Part shown: positions 29,645 to 39,222 of the stretch, one piece after another | Layout of the letters: the number at the start of each line of letters is the position of its first letter | Numbering within the stretch: position 1 is the stretch's first letter | Source: an uncultured virus (IMG/VR IMGVR_UViG_3300009001_000010) | Lineage: Duplodnaviria > Heunggongvirae > Uroviricota > Caudoviricetes | DNA length: 64,000 bases | Strand: one strand, 5' to 3' | IMG/VR virus record: IMGVR_UViG_3300009001_000010 | Span: 1 to 64,000 of that record | Translations under genes and position numbers: made by a program | Notes under the pieces: generated by a model | Told to the model about the DNA's origin: nothing | The model's input: only the letters and a program-made list of their open reading frames with translations | Database searches by the model: none

Positions 29645-32600
29645 TTATTCTGAATATCCAGTGAATATCGCATCACCTGTTGAAATGTCAATTTCAAAGT
29701 GTTTGTCTTCGTGTTTGATTGATTTGGAACCGAAGAACACTAGATCTCCAGCACCAGAATTAGCAATTACTTCAGCTAAGTCAATCTCAAAAGGACCTAA
29801 ATGACCAGAAATCTTAATAGTTTCTGGAAGATAAACAATCTTAGGACCAACTCCACTCCACTCTTGTTCTAAAAGACCACCATCTCTAGTATTCAGGGAA
29901 GCAATTTCTGAAACTAAGTCAACAACTTGAGACTGAGCAATTTGAATATTTTGCAAAGTTGCAGAAGTGATCATACCATGAGAATCAAAAGCAAGACTTA
30001 CAGTTTTAGCTGCATCATCTAAAGTTCCAGCAGTTACAGAATTAGTAATACTAAATTCTTCATCACTTAAAGTAAGCCCAGAACCTGCAGTATAAGTTGT
30101 ATCAGTATTCACAACAGTTTCAGTAGCTGTGGAAACTGAAGTAACGTGCCCATTGCTATCTAAAGTAATGCTTTGGATATAAGTTCGGTCAGAATTACTC
30201 AAGTTAAGAGTAGCCGCAACAATATCTGGGTGAGTAGTTAAATAACCTACGTTATTAACTAATTCAGATATATTATCATTAGGTTGCAAAGCAGAGTCAG
30301 CAGTAGTACCTTGAGCTGTAGTAGCATAGTTAGTTGAATCTGTATAGGCCGCAGTACCAAGCCCAAGAGCATTTTTCAGCGTTGTTTCAGCTGTAAGATC
30401 TGCATCAATAGCTGCTACAATTTCTTGTGCAGTTTGATCAGCAGTAGCTCCAGGTTCAATGCCAGCAACTTTATCGACTACAGTTTGTAAACCAGTAATA
30501 GCAGAAATAGGGTGTTGATCAGAAAGAGTTCTTTCAGTTAAAGCATCGTGGCTTGTAGCTGAGAATGCAGCATTAAGAGAAGATTGACGCCCTGAAAGCT
30601 GAGCAACAGAATTGATTTCACATTTATAAGCACCAGAAGTTTTAGCTTGAAGAACAATCTTGTAAAGAGGAACGAGCTCTGGAACAGAAAAACCTAAGTT
30701 AACAAACTCTTCAGCTTCAGCAGCGGCGACAGTTGTATACTGATCGTGGCCCATCATCAATTTAATAGGATATGTAGAATCATTAGTAGCAACCATATAA
30801 TAGCTGATATAATTGCCATTAGAAACGGTTGCTAAAGATCCAACATTATTAACAATTTGATTAAATTGAATACTAGTGGCATTTGCAAGCCAAGGAACAC
30901 TAGTTGGTGAAGTTTGAACGACTGCTGAACCACTTTGGTGAATTACAGGAATTTCCGCATCACCGCTTAAAACTTGCTCATAAGGATTAGCTGAAGAACC
31001 ATGCTGAATAACGTGTACAAGATCTTCATCAGCAATTGTAATTTGACCTAAAGACAAAGTTACATCAGTGTCATCTTCTAATTGATAGCTAAGAGCGCCG
31101 CCACTTCTCCAAATAGCACCTACATCGAGGTGTTGAGAAAGATGCCATTGAGTATCTCTATGAGATGAGTGTCTTTCATCACCAAAAATAATTGCTTCGG
31201 AATTAGTAGCGTCCCAGTAAACATAAGCAACAAGTAAATCTTCAATTAACGAAGGATGTGCTCCAATAGCCAACTCTTGTAATGAATCTGTTGATGGATT
31301 ATATTTAATATAACGACCACCAGCAGAATTAGTAATTTGAAGAGTTTTAGAAGAAGAAACAGTGATCTCTTGACCGCGATACCAAAGAGTAAATGAATCA
31401 CCGACAGGTGACAAAGTAAAAGTGTTGGTAGAATTATCAAAAGAAAGAGATGAATCATCCCTGTTGGGGAAACCAGTCATATCTAATGTAATAGAGCCAA
31501 CAGCCTCGAGAGCCTCTGAACTAGTTATAAAATCAGAGATTTCAGAACTAATTTTAGAAGAAGACCATAAGCTATTTGCAGATACAACCGCATCATCAAT
31601 ATAGGTGTCAGCATTAAGACCTTGAGGACCTGTAGCACCTTGAGCTCCAGTTAGCCCTACAGGGCCAGTAGATCCCTGCGCACCAGTAGCGCCGGTAGGT
31701 CCTTGAAGACCTTGAGGGCCAACTTCACCCTGAAGGCCTTGTTCTCCCTGCGCTCCAGTCGGTCCTGCAAGACCTTGAGGCCCTTGTACCCCGGTAGGTC
31801 CTTGAGAGCCTTGTAGTCCTTGAGGACCTGTAGGTCCGATTGAACCTGCAGCTCCAGTTGCACCTGTGGGTCCAACTGGACCTTGAATGCCTTGCTCACC
31901 TTGCGGGCCTTGCTCACCTTGGAGACCCTGAGGGCCTTGTGGCCCCGTTGCCCCAATCGCACCAGTATCACCAGTAGCTCCAGTAATACCTTGAGGCCCG
32001 GTTGGGCCAGTCAAACCAATTAAACCTTGAGGGCCTTGTGGCCCGGTAGCGCCAATCGGTCCTTGGATGCCTTGAATACCTTGCGGACCGATTTCACCTT
32101 GTTCACCTTGTACCCCCTGAAGGCCTTGAGGTCCTGTAGCACCAGTCAAGCCAATAGAGCCTTGCGGCCCAACAGGGCCTGTTGGGCCTTGAATACCTTG
32201 TTCGCCTTGAGCCCCAGCCGGGCCTTGTTCACCTTGAGCTCCAGTAGGACCTGTAAGTCCGGTAGGGCCAACTGCTCCAGTAACACCAGCTAAACCTTGC
32301 TCACCTTGGGGGCCAGTAGGGCCTTGGATACCCTGAGCTCCTTGGGCCCCGGTGGGGCCAACAGGTCCTTGAATTCCCTGGTCTCCCTGAAGCCCTTGAG
32401 GGCCTTGAGGCCCTGTTGCGCCAGTTAAACCTGTAGGTCCAGTAGGGCCTGTAGCACCTTGTGGACCTTGAGTTCCTGCAAATTGTCCAAAATCACTCCA
32501 AGTAGTACCGTTATAAACAATAAGATGATTTGTTAAATCATTAGTTAAATAAGAAATAGAAGTAGAGCGATTATCTAAAGTTACTACAACAAAAAATAAA

Positions 32601-33496
32601 TTAGAAGTAGTAATGGTGTCATCAGATTCAATTTGAGTGACAATAGTGTCGTTAAGCTCACCAGAATAATCAACATTAAAAGCTTGACCTGGGTCACCTT
32701 TAGGACCCGTAACTCCTGTTGGTCCAACAGGTCCCTGAAGGCCTGTTGTTCCTGCTAGCCCTTGCAAACCCTGAAGCCCTTGAGGGCCTTGAGCGCCAGT
32801 AGGGCCAATGGCACCAGTTGGGCCTTGCGGCCCTTGTGGACCAATAAGACCTTGCGCTCCTGTAGGTCCTACGGGACCTTGGACACCTTGAATTCCTTGA
32901 AGACCTTGAGGGCCAACTTCGCCTTGTAAACCCTGCATGCCTTGAGGCCCCTGTGCACCTGTAGCACCTTGAGGGCCAGTTGGACCGATATCTCCTTGAT
33001 CTCCTTTAAGGCCAGTTGCTCCGGTAAGTCCGGTTGGACCTGTAAGACCTTGCAATCCCTGAGGGCCTGTAGGGCCTCTTTGACCAATAGCCCCTGTGGG
33101 GCCTTGAGCTCCATCAAGACCGGATGCACCTTGAGGGCCAGCTTCACCTTGAGGCCCTTGTAGACCGGTTGGACCTACTAATCCTTGAGGACCAGTAGCA
33201 CCCGTTGGTCCTTGTGGCCCAACTAAACCTTGAGGGCCTTGTAAGCCTTGAAGGCCTTGTGGTCCGGTTGGACCTTGCAATCCAGTAGGTCCCGAAGCTC
33301 CTGTTGGTCCTACTGGCCCAGTAGGACCAACAATACCTGATCCGGCTCCTCCAATAGCAGTAGCAATTTTTGCATCAATATCGGCTTCAGGTAAACCAAG
33401 AATAATTTTACCATCTGCATCTTTTTGATTTGGCTTGTCAAACAGATTGTCTAAATCTAAAGACCCTCTGCGTAAGTCTGTTCTTCTATTAGCCAT
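29645..33496 (-). CDS. Collagen-like fibre protein
   Basis: 1283 aa with two long Gly-X-Y tracts, then globular and fibre motifs ([28 protein letters not shown]). Confidence 0.85.
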   Translation of the reverse strand: MANRRTDLRRGSLDLDNLFDKPNQKDADGKIILGLPEADIDAKIATAIGGAGSGIVGPTGPVGPTGASGPTGLQGPTGPQGLQGLQGPQGLVGPQGPTGATGPQGLVGPTGLQGPQGEAGPQGASGLDGAQGPTGAIGQRGPTGPQGLQGLTGPTGLTGATGLKGDQGDIGPTGPQGATGAQGPQGMQGLQGEVGPQGLQGIQGVQGPVGPTGAQGLIGPQGPQGPTGAIGPTGAQGPQGLQGLQGLAGTTGLQGPVGPTGVTGPKGDPGQAFNVDYSGELNDTIVTQIESDDTITTSNLFFVVVTLDNRSTSISYLTNDLTNHLIVYNGTTWSDFGQFAGTQGPQGATGPTGPTGLTGATGPQGPQGLQGDQGIQGPVGPTGAQGAQGIQGPTGPQGEQGLAGVTGAVGPTGLTGPTGAQGEQGPAGAQGEQGIQGPTGPVGPQGSIGLTGATGPQGLQGVQGEQGEIGPQGIQGIQGPIGATGPQGPQGLIGLTGPTGPQGITGATGDTGAIGATGPQGPQGLQGEQGPQGEQGIQGPVGPTGATGAAGSIGPTGPQGLQGSQGPTGVQGPQGLAGPTGAQGEQGLQGEVGPQGLQGPTGATGAQGSTGPVGLTGAQGATGPQGLNADTYIDDAVVSANSLWSSSKISSEISDFITSSEALEAVGSITLDMTGFPNRDDSSLSFDNSTNTFTLSPVGDSFTLWYRGQEITVSSSKTLQITNSAGGRYIKYNPSTDSLQELAIGAHPSLIEDLLVAYVYWDATNSEAIIFGDERHSSHRDTQWHLSQHLDVGAIWRSGGALSYQLEDDTDVTLSLGQITIADEDLVHVIQHGSSANPYEQVLSGDAEIPVIHQSGSAVVQTSPTSVPWLANATSIQFNQIVNNVGSLATVSNGNYISYYMVATNDSTYPIKLMMGHDQYTTVAAAEAEEFVNLGFSVPELVPLYKIVLQAKTSGAYKCEINSVAQLSGRQSSLNAAFSATSHDALTERTLSDQHPISAITGLQTVVDKVAGIEPGATADQTAQEIVAAIDADLTAETTLKNALGLGTAAYTDSTNYATTAQGTTADSALQPNDNISELVNNVGYLTTHPDIVAATLNLSNSDRTYIQSITLDSNGHVTSVSTATETVVNTDTTYTAGSGLTLSDEEFSITNSVTAGTLDDAAKTVSLAFDSHGMITSATLQNIQIAQSQVVDLVSEIASLNTRDGGLLEQEWSGVGPKIVYLPETIKISGHLGPFEIDLAEVIANSGAGDLVFFGSKSIKHEDKHFEIDISTGDAIFTGYSE
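31613..32476 (-). repeat. Gly-X-Y collagen tract 2 (about 95 triplets)
   Basis: Continuous [12 protein letters not shown] triplets; locally GC-rich 9-bp periodic DNA. Confidence 0.9.
32684..33337 (-). repeat. Gly-X-Y collagen tract 1 (about 70 triplets)
   Basis: Continuous Gly-X-Y from GIVGPT to GDPGQ. Confidence 0.9.
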
Positions 33497-33509
33497 CTAT
33501 GTTCTCCTA

Positions 33510-33875
33510 TTAATCGTCTATTGAATATCTTGCAAGTAGAACAGGAGTATCATCTGGACTAGCTTTTTTTAAACCTACATCCCAAACAAACTCGAAGGTA
33601 CTAGAGCTTGTAATTCTGTAATCGCCTAAAGAGTCAGGAGTTTCTTGAGGAGAAAGTACCAAGCCATCTAAAGTAATGATTATGCTGTTTCTTTTAGCGG
33701 GAAATGGTAGCGTAAATAAAAACTTGCCATCAGGATAATCAACATCGTCATGTTCAGGAATCTGATCAGTAAGATCAAAAGTTCTAACAGTATGTTCTTG
33801 ATTATAAATATTAACAGTATTTACTGTTATTGTAGAATTATCTACTGCGACTAATTTTGGATAAACTGGATCCAT
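33510..33875 (-). CDS. Small beta-rich putative virion/fibre-associated protein
   Basis: FTL...IIITLDGLVLSP....DYRI pattern common in phage structural proteins; GGAG SD. Confidence 0.5.
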   Translation of the reverse strand: MDPVYPKLVAVDNSTITVNTVNIYNQEHTVRTFDLTDQIPEHDDVDYPDGKFLFTLPFPAKRNSIIITLDGLVLSPQETPDSLGDYRITSSSTFEFVWDVGLKKASPDDTPVLLARYSIDD

Positions 33876-33884
33876 ATTTATCTC

Positions 33885-34256
33885 CTAAGCAGGTGTGTAA
33901 AAAATAGTGACGTCTGTTTGATCATTTATCAATGCTGTATATTCGCCAAGAATATATAACTTATTAAATTCACTATCTATATAAAAACCATCACCTAGCA
34001 TAGATTCAAGTCTTGGAATAATGTCACCATTAATAAATAACATTACAAATTTTTCAAAACCTTCCTTTATATAAGGGAAGATTTCATAAAATGAATCATT
34101 TTGATCAAATGAAGAAAAAGCTAAAGCTTTTTGTAAAGGCAAATTGTCTACAATATTTCCAACAGTAGTAGTTTTATCAACATTCAAAGTATCAATTGTA
34201 ATGTTGCTATCAGAAATAACTGTAACGGGTGTTCTTGTTTGAGCATGAGTCGCCAT
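33885..34256 (-). CDS. Small beta-rich putative virion/fibre-associated protein
   Basis: LFINGD...DVTIFY pattern, similar layout to next gene; GAGG SD. Confidence 0.45.
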   Translation of the reverse strand: MATHAQTRTPVTVISDSNITIDTLNVDKTTTVGNIVDNLPLQKALAFSSFDQNDSFYEIFPYIKEGFEKFVMLFINGDIIPRLESMLGDGFYIDSEFNKLYILGEYTALINDQTDVTIFYTPA

Positions 34257-34320
34257 ATAAACCTCGCCTTTTTGTTTAGTTTTAATATATTTTTGCTATT
34301 ATTTTCAAGAGTATAGAAAA

Positions 34321-34638
34321 TTATATATTATCTTTTGTAGAAAAAATATCTATTTCTTTAGTAAATAATAAATCAATTGGGAGCATTTGATTATTAGAAG
34401 ACATAAATTTATGGTCTTCTGTACAATCAACATAATCTCCATTTTCTAAAGTGTATCTGTAAACAGTTTTAATACCTTTATCGTGCCATTGAGTGACTTG
34501 TTGAGCAACCCAAGGGGTAGCTTGAGTTGAATCATTACTAAGTACAAAACCAGAATATTGAGCTTTAACAATATCTTCAATAGTTCTAGATCTTTTTGTA
34601 AGAGTAGGAATTAATATTTCGGTATTTCCTGCTAAACA
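34321..34638 (-). other. Split intein N-fragment (IntN, 105 aa)
   Basis: Cys1 CLAGNTEIL, QWHDKG, block B CTEDHKFM, QMLPID, then stop. Confidence 0.95.
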
Positions 34639-35937
34639 ATAATCAGCAAAACCTAAAATATCTTTCCAAAGATCTTTAGCATAGTCAGATAACAAGCCAC
34701 CTACTTTTACAGAATTTTCTATAAATTTTTCTTCATATTTTTCAAGAACGGAAAGTTTTTTCTTACCCATAGCTCGTCGAACATCATCTGCTTCTTGTTG
34801 AGTAAAACCTGCTAAATCGGTAAATAATTTCATAATTTGTTCCTGATATATTAAAGTCCAATAAGAAGCTTTTAGAATTTCAGCAACTTGAAGAGGTAAA
34901 TCTTCAGGCGGAGAATTATTTAATTTATTAGCAATATAAGTTTTATCAAGACCAGCTTGCAAAGGGCCAGGGCGGTTGATAGCACTGATAGCACTAAGAT
35001 CTTCTATGCTAGCGGGTTGTATGTCATTAATTAATCGTTTAGCGGTACCGGATGTTTCCATTTGAAAAATACCAGTTAAACAACCTAAATTTAAATATTT
35101 ATAAGCTAACTCGTCGCCATCTGGTATAGAATAAGGCTCTAAATCTATGTTGTAATTTTGTTTAATTAAATTTTTACATTCTTTGATAATAGATAAAGTG
35201 TCAATACCTAAAAAATCAAACTTAATAAGCCCAAGCTCTTCACATTCATCTTTATCATATTGAGTAATTCTTTCTGCTTTACTATTAGACCAAACAGGAA
35301 CAGTATCATGTATTTCTTTATCTGAAATAATGACACCAGCTGCATGGATGCCAAAATTAGCAACCATGTTTTCTATTCTATCAGCAAATTCTAAAAAAGC
35401 AGAATATCTTTGATCATCAGAGAGGTCGGGATTTTCTTCAAGAACTTCTTCTAAAGTAGGTTCTTTGCCATACTTAGGAGGAGGAAACATTTTTAATAAC
35501 TCGTTAAGTTCAGAAGAATCACCTTCGTGTATTCTATAAAAAGAACGAGCTAATGATTTTGGTTTAAAAGTTCCATGAGTTATAATATTGGCAACTCTCT
35601 CACGCCCCCAATAATCAATGCACCATTGTATTGCTTTCTCTCTATCTAAAGCATCATGGTCTATATCAATATCGGGAGGCGCACCCCCAATAGTATCTGA
35701 TCTCATTTTATTAAAATCAAACACATCGGTAAGTCCAGTAATATAAAGTAAAATACTATTATATGGATTTTCTAAAAAAGAATGTTTAGACTGTAAACAA
35801 GATTCAATTCTGTCTAAATCTTCTAAAGAAATCATAGCAACTTCTTGATGGAGAAAATCTGGATCTACTTTTTGATAACGATCTTCAATAATATAAGAAT
35901 CTATTTCTTTTAAAAAAGTTTCTCGAGATTTAAACAT
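34321..35937 (-). CDS. dnaE: DNA polymerase III alpha (DnaE) middle fragment (palm/fingers) ending in split intein IntN
   Basis: PPDIDID, HAAGVII, GLIKFDFLG, GIFQME, RPGP, YQEQIM, RRAMGKKK, then FADY/CLAG intein start. Confidence 0.95.
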   Translation of the reverse strand: MFKSRETFLKEIDSYIIEDRYQKVDPDFLHQEVAMISLEDLDRIESCLQSKHSFLENPYNSILLYITGLTDVFDFNKMRSDTIGGAPPDIDIDHDALDREKAIQWCIDYWGRERVANIITHGTFKPKSLARSFYRIHEGDSSELNELLKMFPPPKYGKEPTLEEVLEENPDLSDDQRYSAFLEFADRIENMVANFGIHAAGVIISDKEIHDTVPVWSNSKAERITQYDKDECEELGLIKFDFLGIDTLSIIKECKNLIKQNYNIDLEPYSIPDGDELAYKYLNLGCLTGIFQMETSGTAKRLINDIQPASIEDLSAISAINRPGPLQAGLDKTYIANKLNNSPPEDLPLQVAEILKASYWTLIYQEQIMKLFTDLAGFTQQEADDVRRAMGKKKLSVLEKYEEKFIENSVKVGGLLSDYAKDLWKDILGFADYCLAGNTEILIPTLTKRSRTIEDIVKAQYSGFVLSNDSTQATPWVAQQVTQWHDKGIKTVYRYTLENGDYVDCTEDHKFMSSNNQMLPIDLLFTKEIDIFSTKDNI

Positions 35938-36000
35938 GTTAAACTTTCAAATAATAAAAAGATGGAAATTACCTAAAGTAAGAAACTGCAAAGGTGGTTG

Positions 36001-36345
36001 TTAAACCACCCAAGATTTGTTTAAATAATATTCAGGATTTTCTATAGATATATTAAATACTTGGGAAAGATTTTGTTTTTCTTGAATAGAAAATAATCTT
36101 TCGTTTAAAGAAAATAAAATTTGTAAAACTTTTTGAGTTTGACTATTTGCTTCACAAATAATTGTATAGTTAGCAGTCAAGTTATAAAGCAAAGCACTTA
36201 TAATGTAGTTTGTTTCATTACCTACAAAAAATTTTGCACATTTATAATTAGATTCGTCAGTAAAACACTTTTTTAAATTCTTAAATAAAGAACTTGTTGG
36301 ATCTACATTTAAGTTAAAAAGCGAGTTATTTGTATCCATATGCAC
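36001..36345 (-). CDS. Hypothetical protein
   Basis: 114-aa ORF between dnaE fragments. Confidence 0.45.
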   Translation of the reverse strand: MHMDTNNSLFNLNVDPTSSLFKNLKKCFTDESNYKCAKFFVGNETNYIISALLYNLTANYTIICEANSQTQKVLQILFSLNERLFSIQEKQNLSQVFNISIENPEYYLNKSWVV

Positions 36346-36352
36346 CTGCTTG

Positions 36353-36580
36353 TTATCTTACAGATGTCCAATCTGTATAATTTGTAAAATCACATTTCAT
36401 AATTTTAACATCAGTTCTCTGAGTTAATCTTCTGTAAGATCTAGCATCAGATCTAGTAGTGTGTAATGTCCTACCTTTAATAGTTATAGGTGTATTTGTC
36501 GTTTGATCGACAACAGCATAAAGAGTGGTAGCACAAGTATCTATAGGAGTAACTAGATTAGTCATAATTATTTCTTTCAA
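36353..36580 (-). CDS. Hypothetical protein
   Basis: 75-aa ORF between dnaE fragments. Confidence 0.45.
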   Translation of the reverse strand: MKEIIMTNLVTPIDTCATTLYAVVDQTTNTPITIKGRTLHTTRSDARSYRRLTQRTDVKIMKCDFTNYTDWTSVR

Positions 36581-37887
36581 AAAGGTAAAGTAAACTGATC
36601 TGCTTGCTCAGCCATTTGTTTATTAAAAATAAGAGGGGTAGCAGCACGACCCTCATTAAGAAAACGAGAAAACATAAGATCGTATTTAATTGGATCAATT
36701 TCAGTAATGCCTAAAGACCAGGCTACAAGAGAACCAGCAGCAGAACCTCGACCGGGCCCATGCATTACTCCATAATCTCTAGCACCATTCATAAATTGAG
36801 AAACAATTAACATATAATCAGAAAAACCCATACGTTTAATTACATTTAACTCATGATCAAGCCTATCTCGATATTCTTGAGGAGGCATATCATTAAACCT
36901 ATTGTATAAACCGTGTTGAGATTCTAAAGTAAGGAATTCAAAACTTTTATAAGTTTCTGGAAGATCTTGAAACTTAGGATAACGGTTCATTCTATCCATA
37001 AAATAAGTTTCATTATCTATCAAATCAGCTACATGAACTGTATTAGATATGACGTCGTAAGGCATATTTTGTTGGTTAGCTTCATTCCAAGTCCAATCAT
37101 GAGATGCAAAATGAACATCTATTGGTCCGAAACTAAATCTTTTTTCATCAGAAAGTACAGTTTTAGTTTGCATACACAAAGCGGCTTCATGATGTTGTTT
37201 ATCATGTTCATGAGTGTAATGACAATCACATGTAAGTACCATAGGTAAATTATGTTTAGAAGCAATTTCTTGCAAAACTTTATTTACAGCTTGTTGCTCT
37301 TCATCTTTATGGAGTTGAAGTTCCACAAGAAATCTATCTTTAAACATTTCTTTATGATGTAAAATAAGATTTTCTGCGGCTTTTTTCTCACCCATAAGGA
37401 TGAGTTGACTTGCTCTACTACCCAAACAAGTAGTGGTAGCAATAATACCTTCAGAATATTGAGCAATAAGAGCATCATCAATACGTGGTTTACGATACAT
37501 ACCTTCAGTATAAGCATAAGAACTGAGCTTCATGAGGTTATGTAAACCAATATTATTTTGAGCTAACAAAATCAAATGATAATAAGACTTGCCTAAATGG
37601 TCAGGTTCTTTTGCAGTTCTATCATTTATAGTATAATAAGCTTCCATACCGATAATTGGTTTTATATCTTGTTTTTTACATTCTTTATAAAATTTGTAAC
37701 TACCTGATACATTACCATGATCTGTCATCGCTACAGCAGGCATACCCATTTGTTTTGCATAAGCAGGAAGCCTATTAACTTTATTAATTCCATCTAAAAG
37801 ACTATATTCTGTATGTACATGCAAATGCACATAAGGCTTTTCAGACGGATTCTGATGTTGGTTTTGATGATTGCATGTCGTTGCCAT
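36577..37887 (-). CDS. dnaE: DNA polymerase III alpha (DnaE) N-terminal fragment (PHP domain + start of palm)
   Basis: HLHVHTEYSLLDG, TDHGN, GMEAY, HLILLA, CLGS, DCHY, GPGRGSAAGSLVAW.LGIT..DPIKYDL.F.RFLN; stops just before PDIDID. Confidence 0.95.
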   Translation of the reverse strand: MATTCNHQNQHQNPSEKPYVHLHVHTEYSLLDGINKVNRLPAYAKQMGMPAVAMTDHGNVSGSYKFYKECKKQDIKPIIGMEAYYTINDRTAKEPDHLGKSYYHLILLAQNNIGLHNLMKLSSYAYTEGMYRKPRIDDALIAQYSEGIIATTTCLGSRASQLILMGEKKAAENLILHHKEMFKDRFLVELQLHKDEEQQAVNKVLQEIASKHNLPMVLTCDCHYTHEHDKQHHEAALCMQTKTVLSDEKRFSFGPIDVHFASHDWTWNEANQQNMPYDVISNTVHVADLIDNETYFMDRMNRYPKFQDLPETYKSFEFLTLESQHGLYNRFNDMPPQEYRDRLDHELNVIKRMGFSDYMLIVSQFMNGARDYGVMHGPGRGSAAGSLVAWSLGITEIDPIKYDLMFSRFLNEGRAATPLIFNKQMAEQADQFTLPF

Positions 37888-38281
37888 TTAATAAATTGCT
37901 TTCTTTTCCAGTACACACAAGCTTAAAATGTTCAAAGTAATTGGGTTGCTCTTCAATTAAAGCACGTAAACCCATCTTACCACCAGTGCAAAGAGTTTCT
38001 TCTTCACTTGTCGTGGGATTTTGCCACTTTACTGCAGAGCCAGCAAAACGAACAAAACCCATGTCTTTTGCAAGACCAATGACATCCATGATTTTATCAG
38101 TGCCTTTAGCACATTCAAATTCAAATTCAGCTACTTTATTAAGAGCTGGAGCAACTTTGTTCTTAACTATTTTTACTTTCATAGCCAAAGTATTAGGAGA
38201 GTCAGAGCTAGGCTTAGAACTAACCCTGAGCCTAACAGAAGCGTAAAATGGAATAGCATTGCCACCTGAAGTTGTTTCTGG
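37841..38281 (-). CDS. recA: RecA, exon 2
   Basis: Resumes at PETTSGGNAIPFYASVRL...KIVKNKVAP, the canonical continuation of VMYGN. Confidence 0.9.
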   Translation of the reverse strand, partial: PETTSGGNAIPFYASVRLRVSSKPSSDSPNTLAMKVKIVKNKVAPALNKVAEFEFECAKGTDKIMDVIGLAKDMGFVRFAGSAVKWQNPTTSEEETLCTGGKMGLRALIEEQPNYFEHFKLVCTGKESNLLNGNDMQSSKPTSESV

Positions 38282-39222
38282 CACGAAACTCCACAAGTTT
38301 ACCATACTTGTGGCGTGGACTATATCTTCATCTTTCTCTCGAAAGAGCCTTGCGCTTGGGGAACGTACCAATCTCATTCCCTACTCTACTCACTTCCATC
38401 TTTCGATGTGTTTTCGATAGTCTCTACACCTTCCTCTATTAAAGAGGCTTGGCACGGTATTGCCCAATAAATGGAGGGGTTCACCGTTAGCCCGTAATGG
38501 ACACCCACTGGTAGTGGTTCACAAGGTTTTTTTCCTAGAGTCGCCTCTAGGGGAAACCGTAGAAACTGAAGTATAGTTTCTTTAGCAGTGTCAATATTCT
38601 CTTCTAATATAACGCAATAATGATAACCCATAGAAGTTAGCTCTTTGATTTTTCTTTGATCACTCTTCTTTTGTTTTTCGAAAGAGTGAGCCCAAGAGCC
38701 ATGAATATCTATACAATACTTTTGACCAAGATAAAAATCAATAGACCATTGATTAATTCGTTTTTCATAGATATAAGCTAAATCTAATTCATCTAAAATT
38801 TCTTTAAGCTTTTCTTCTAAACGATTCATGGAAACATTTCTTCTAACAGAAACGCCCATGGCTTTTCTTTTGTGGCCAACAGCAGATTCACTACAGCCCC
38901 AAAGATCAGCTAGTTTAACATGGCTAAGATAAGGGTCTTTAAGCATTTGGATAGCTTCAGGAGTATTGGGAATTTTCTTACGATACATACGTTGTCTTTT
39001 TAAACCTAAGGCTTTTAAAAGACGGTAAACTGTTTCGTCACAAAAATTTAAATACTCTTGAAGTTCTGTTAATTTCATTAAATTGTAATTCTTTTGAACA
39101 AATTGAATTTGTTCTTGAGTGATTTCTTTATTAAAAGTGACACCGTTTATAGTAGTTGACATATAACCTCCTGTAAAGTTGGCATATAGTAAACTACACA
39201 AAACAATACTTATTTCAAGTTA
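38282..39222 (-). ncRNA. Group I self-splicing intron (941 nt) in recA
   Basis: Exon ends in U, intron ends in G; IGS GUUUCC pairs exon GGAAAU; P2 hairpin CCUAGAG-GCGA-CUCUAGG; Q AAUACCGUGCC; R GUAGAGACUA; S AAGAUAUAGUCC; P9 hairpin; splicing restores the RecA frame. Confidence 0.92.
38386..39162 (-). CDS. Intron-encoded Vsr/DUF559 (EDxHD-like) homing endonuclease
   Basis: Start MSTTING with AGGAGG SD; HTH-like N-terminus; LEEKLKEIL...YEKRI...IDFY...IDIHGSWAH...SDQRK nuclease motif. Confidence 0.8.
   Translation of the reverse strand: MSTTINGVTFNKEITQEQIQFVQKNYNLMKLTELQEYLNFCDETVYRLLKALGLKRQRMYRKKIPNTPEAIQMLKDPYLSHVKLADLWGCSESAVGHKRKAMGVSVRRNVSMNRLEEKLKEILDELDLAYIYEKRINQWSIDFYLGQKYCIDIHGSWAHSFEKQKKSDQRKIKELTSMGYHYCVILEENIDTAKETILQFLRFPLEATLGKKPCEPLPVGVHYGLTVNPSIYWAIPCQASLIEEGVETIENTSKDGSE

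Noticed and set aside
26678..33163. Short alternative-frame and antisense ORFs inside the fibre and collagen genes
   Set aside because: Shadow ORFs produced by higher GC and repetitive codon structure
31613..33337. Possible CRISPR or tandem DNA array
   Set aside because: 9-bp periodicity is explained by Gly-X-Y coding; no repeat-spacer structure. The Cas4-like gene has no cas neighbours
34257..34320. Sigma-70 promoter for the fibre cassette (TTGAAA...TATTAA)
   Set aside because: Spacing is non-canonical and such hexamers are frequent by chance in AT-rich DNA
35700..36640. Intron, intein or ribosomal bypass at the first DnaE break
   Set aside because: No group I R/S core, no intein Cys/HN motifs, and the gap holds two ordinary ORFs plus a proper start for fragment 2
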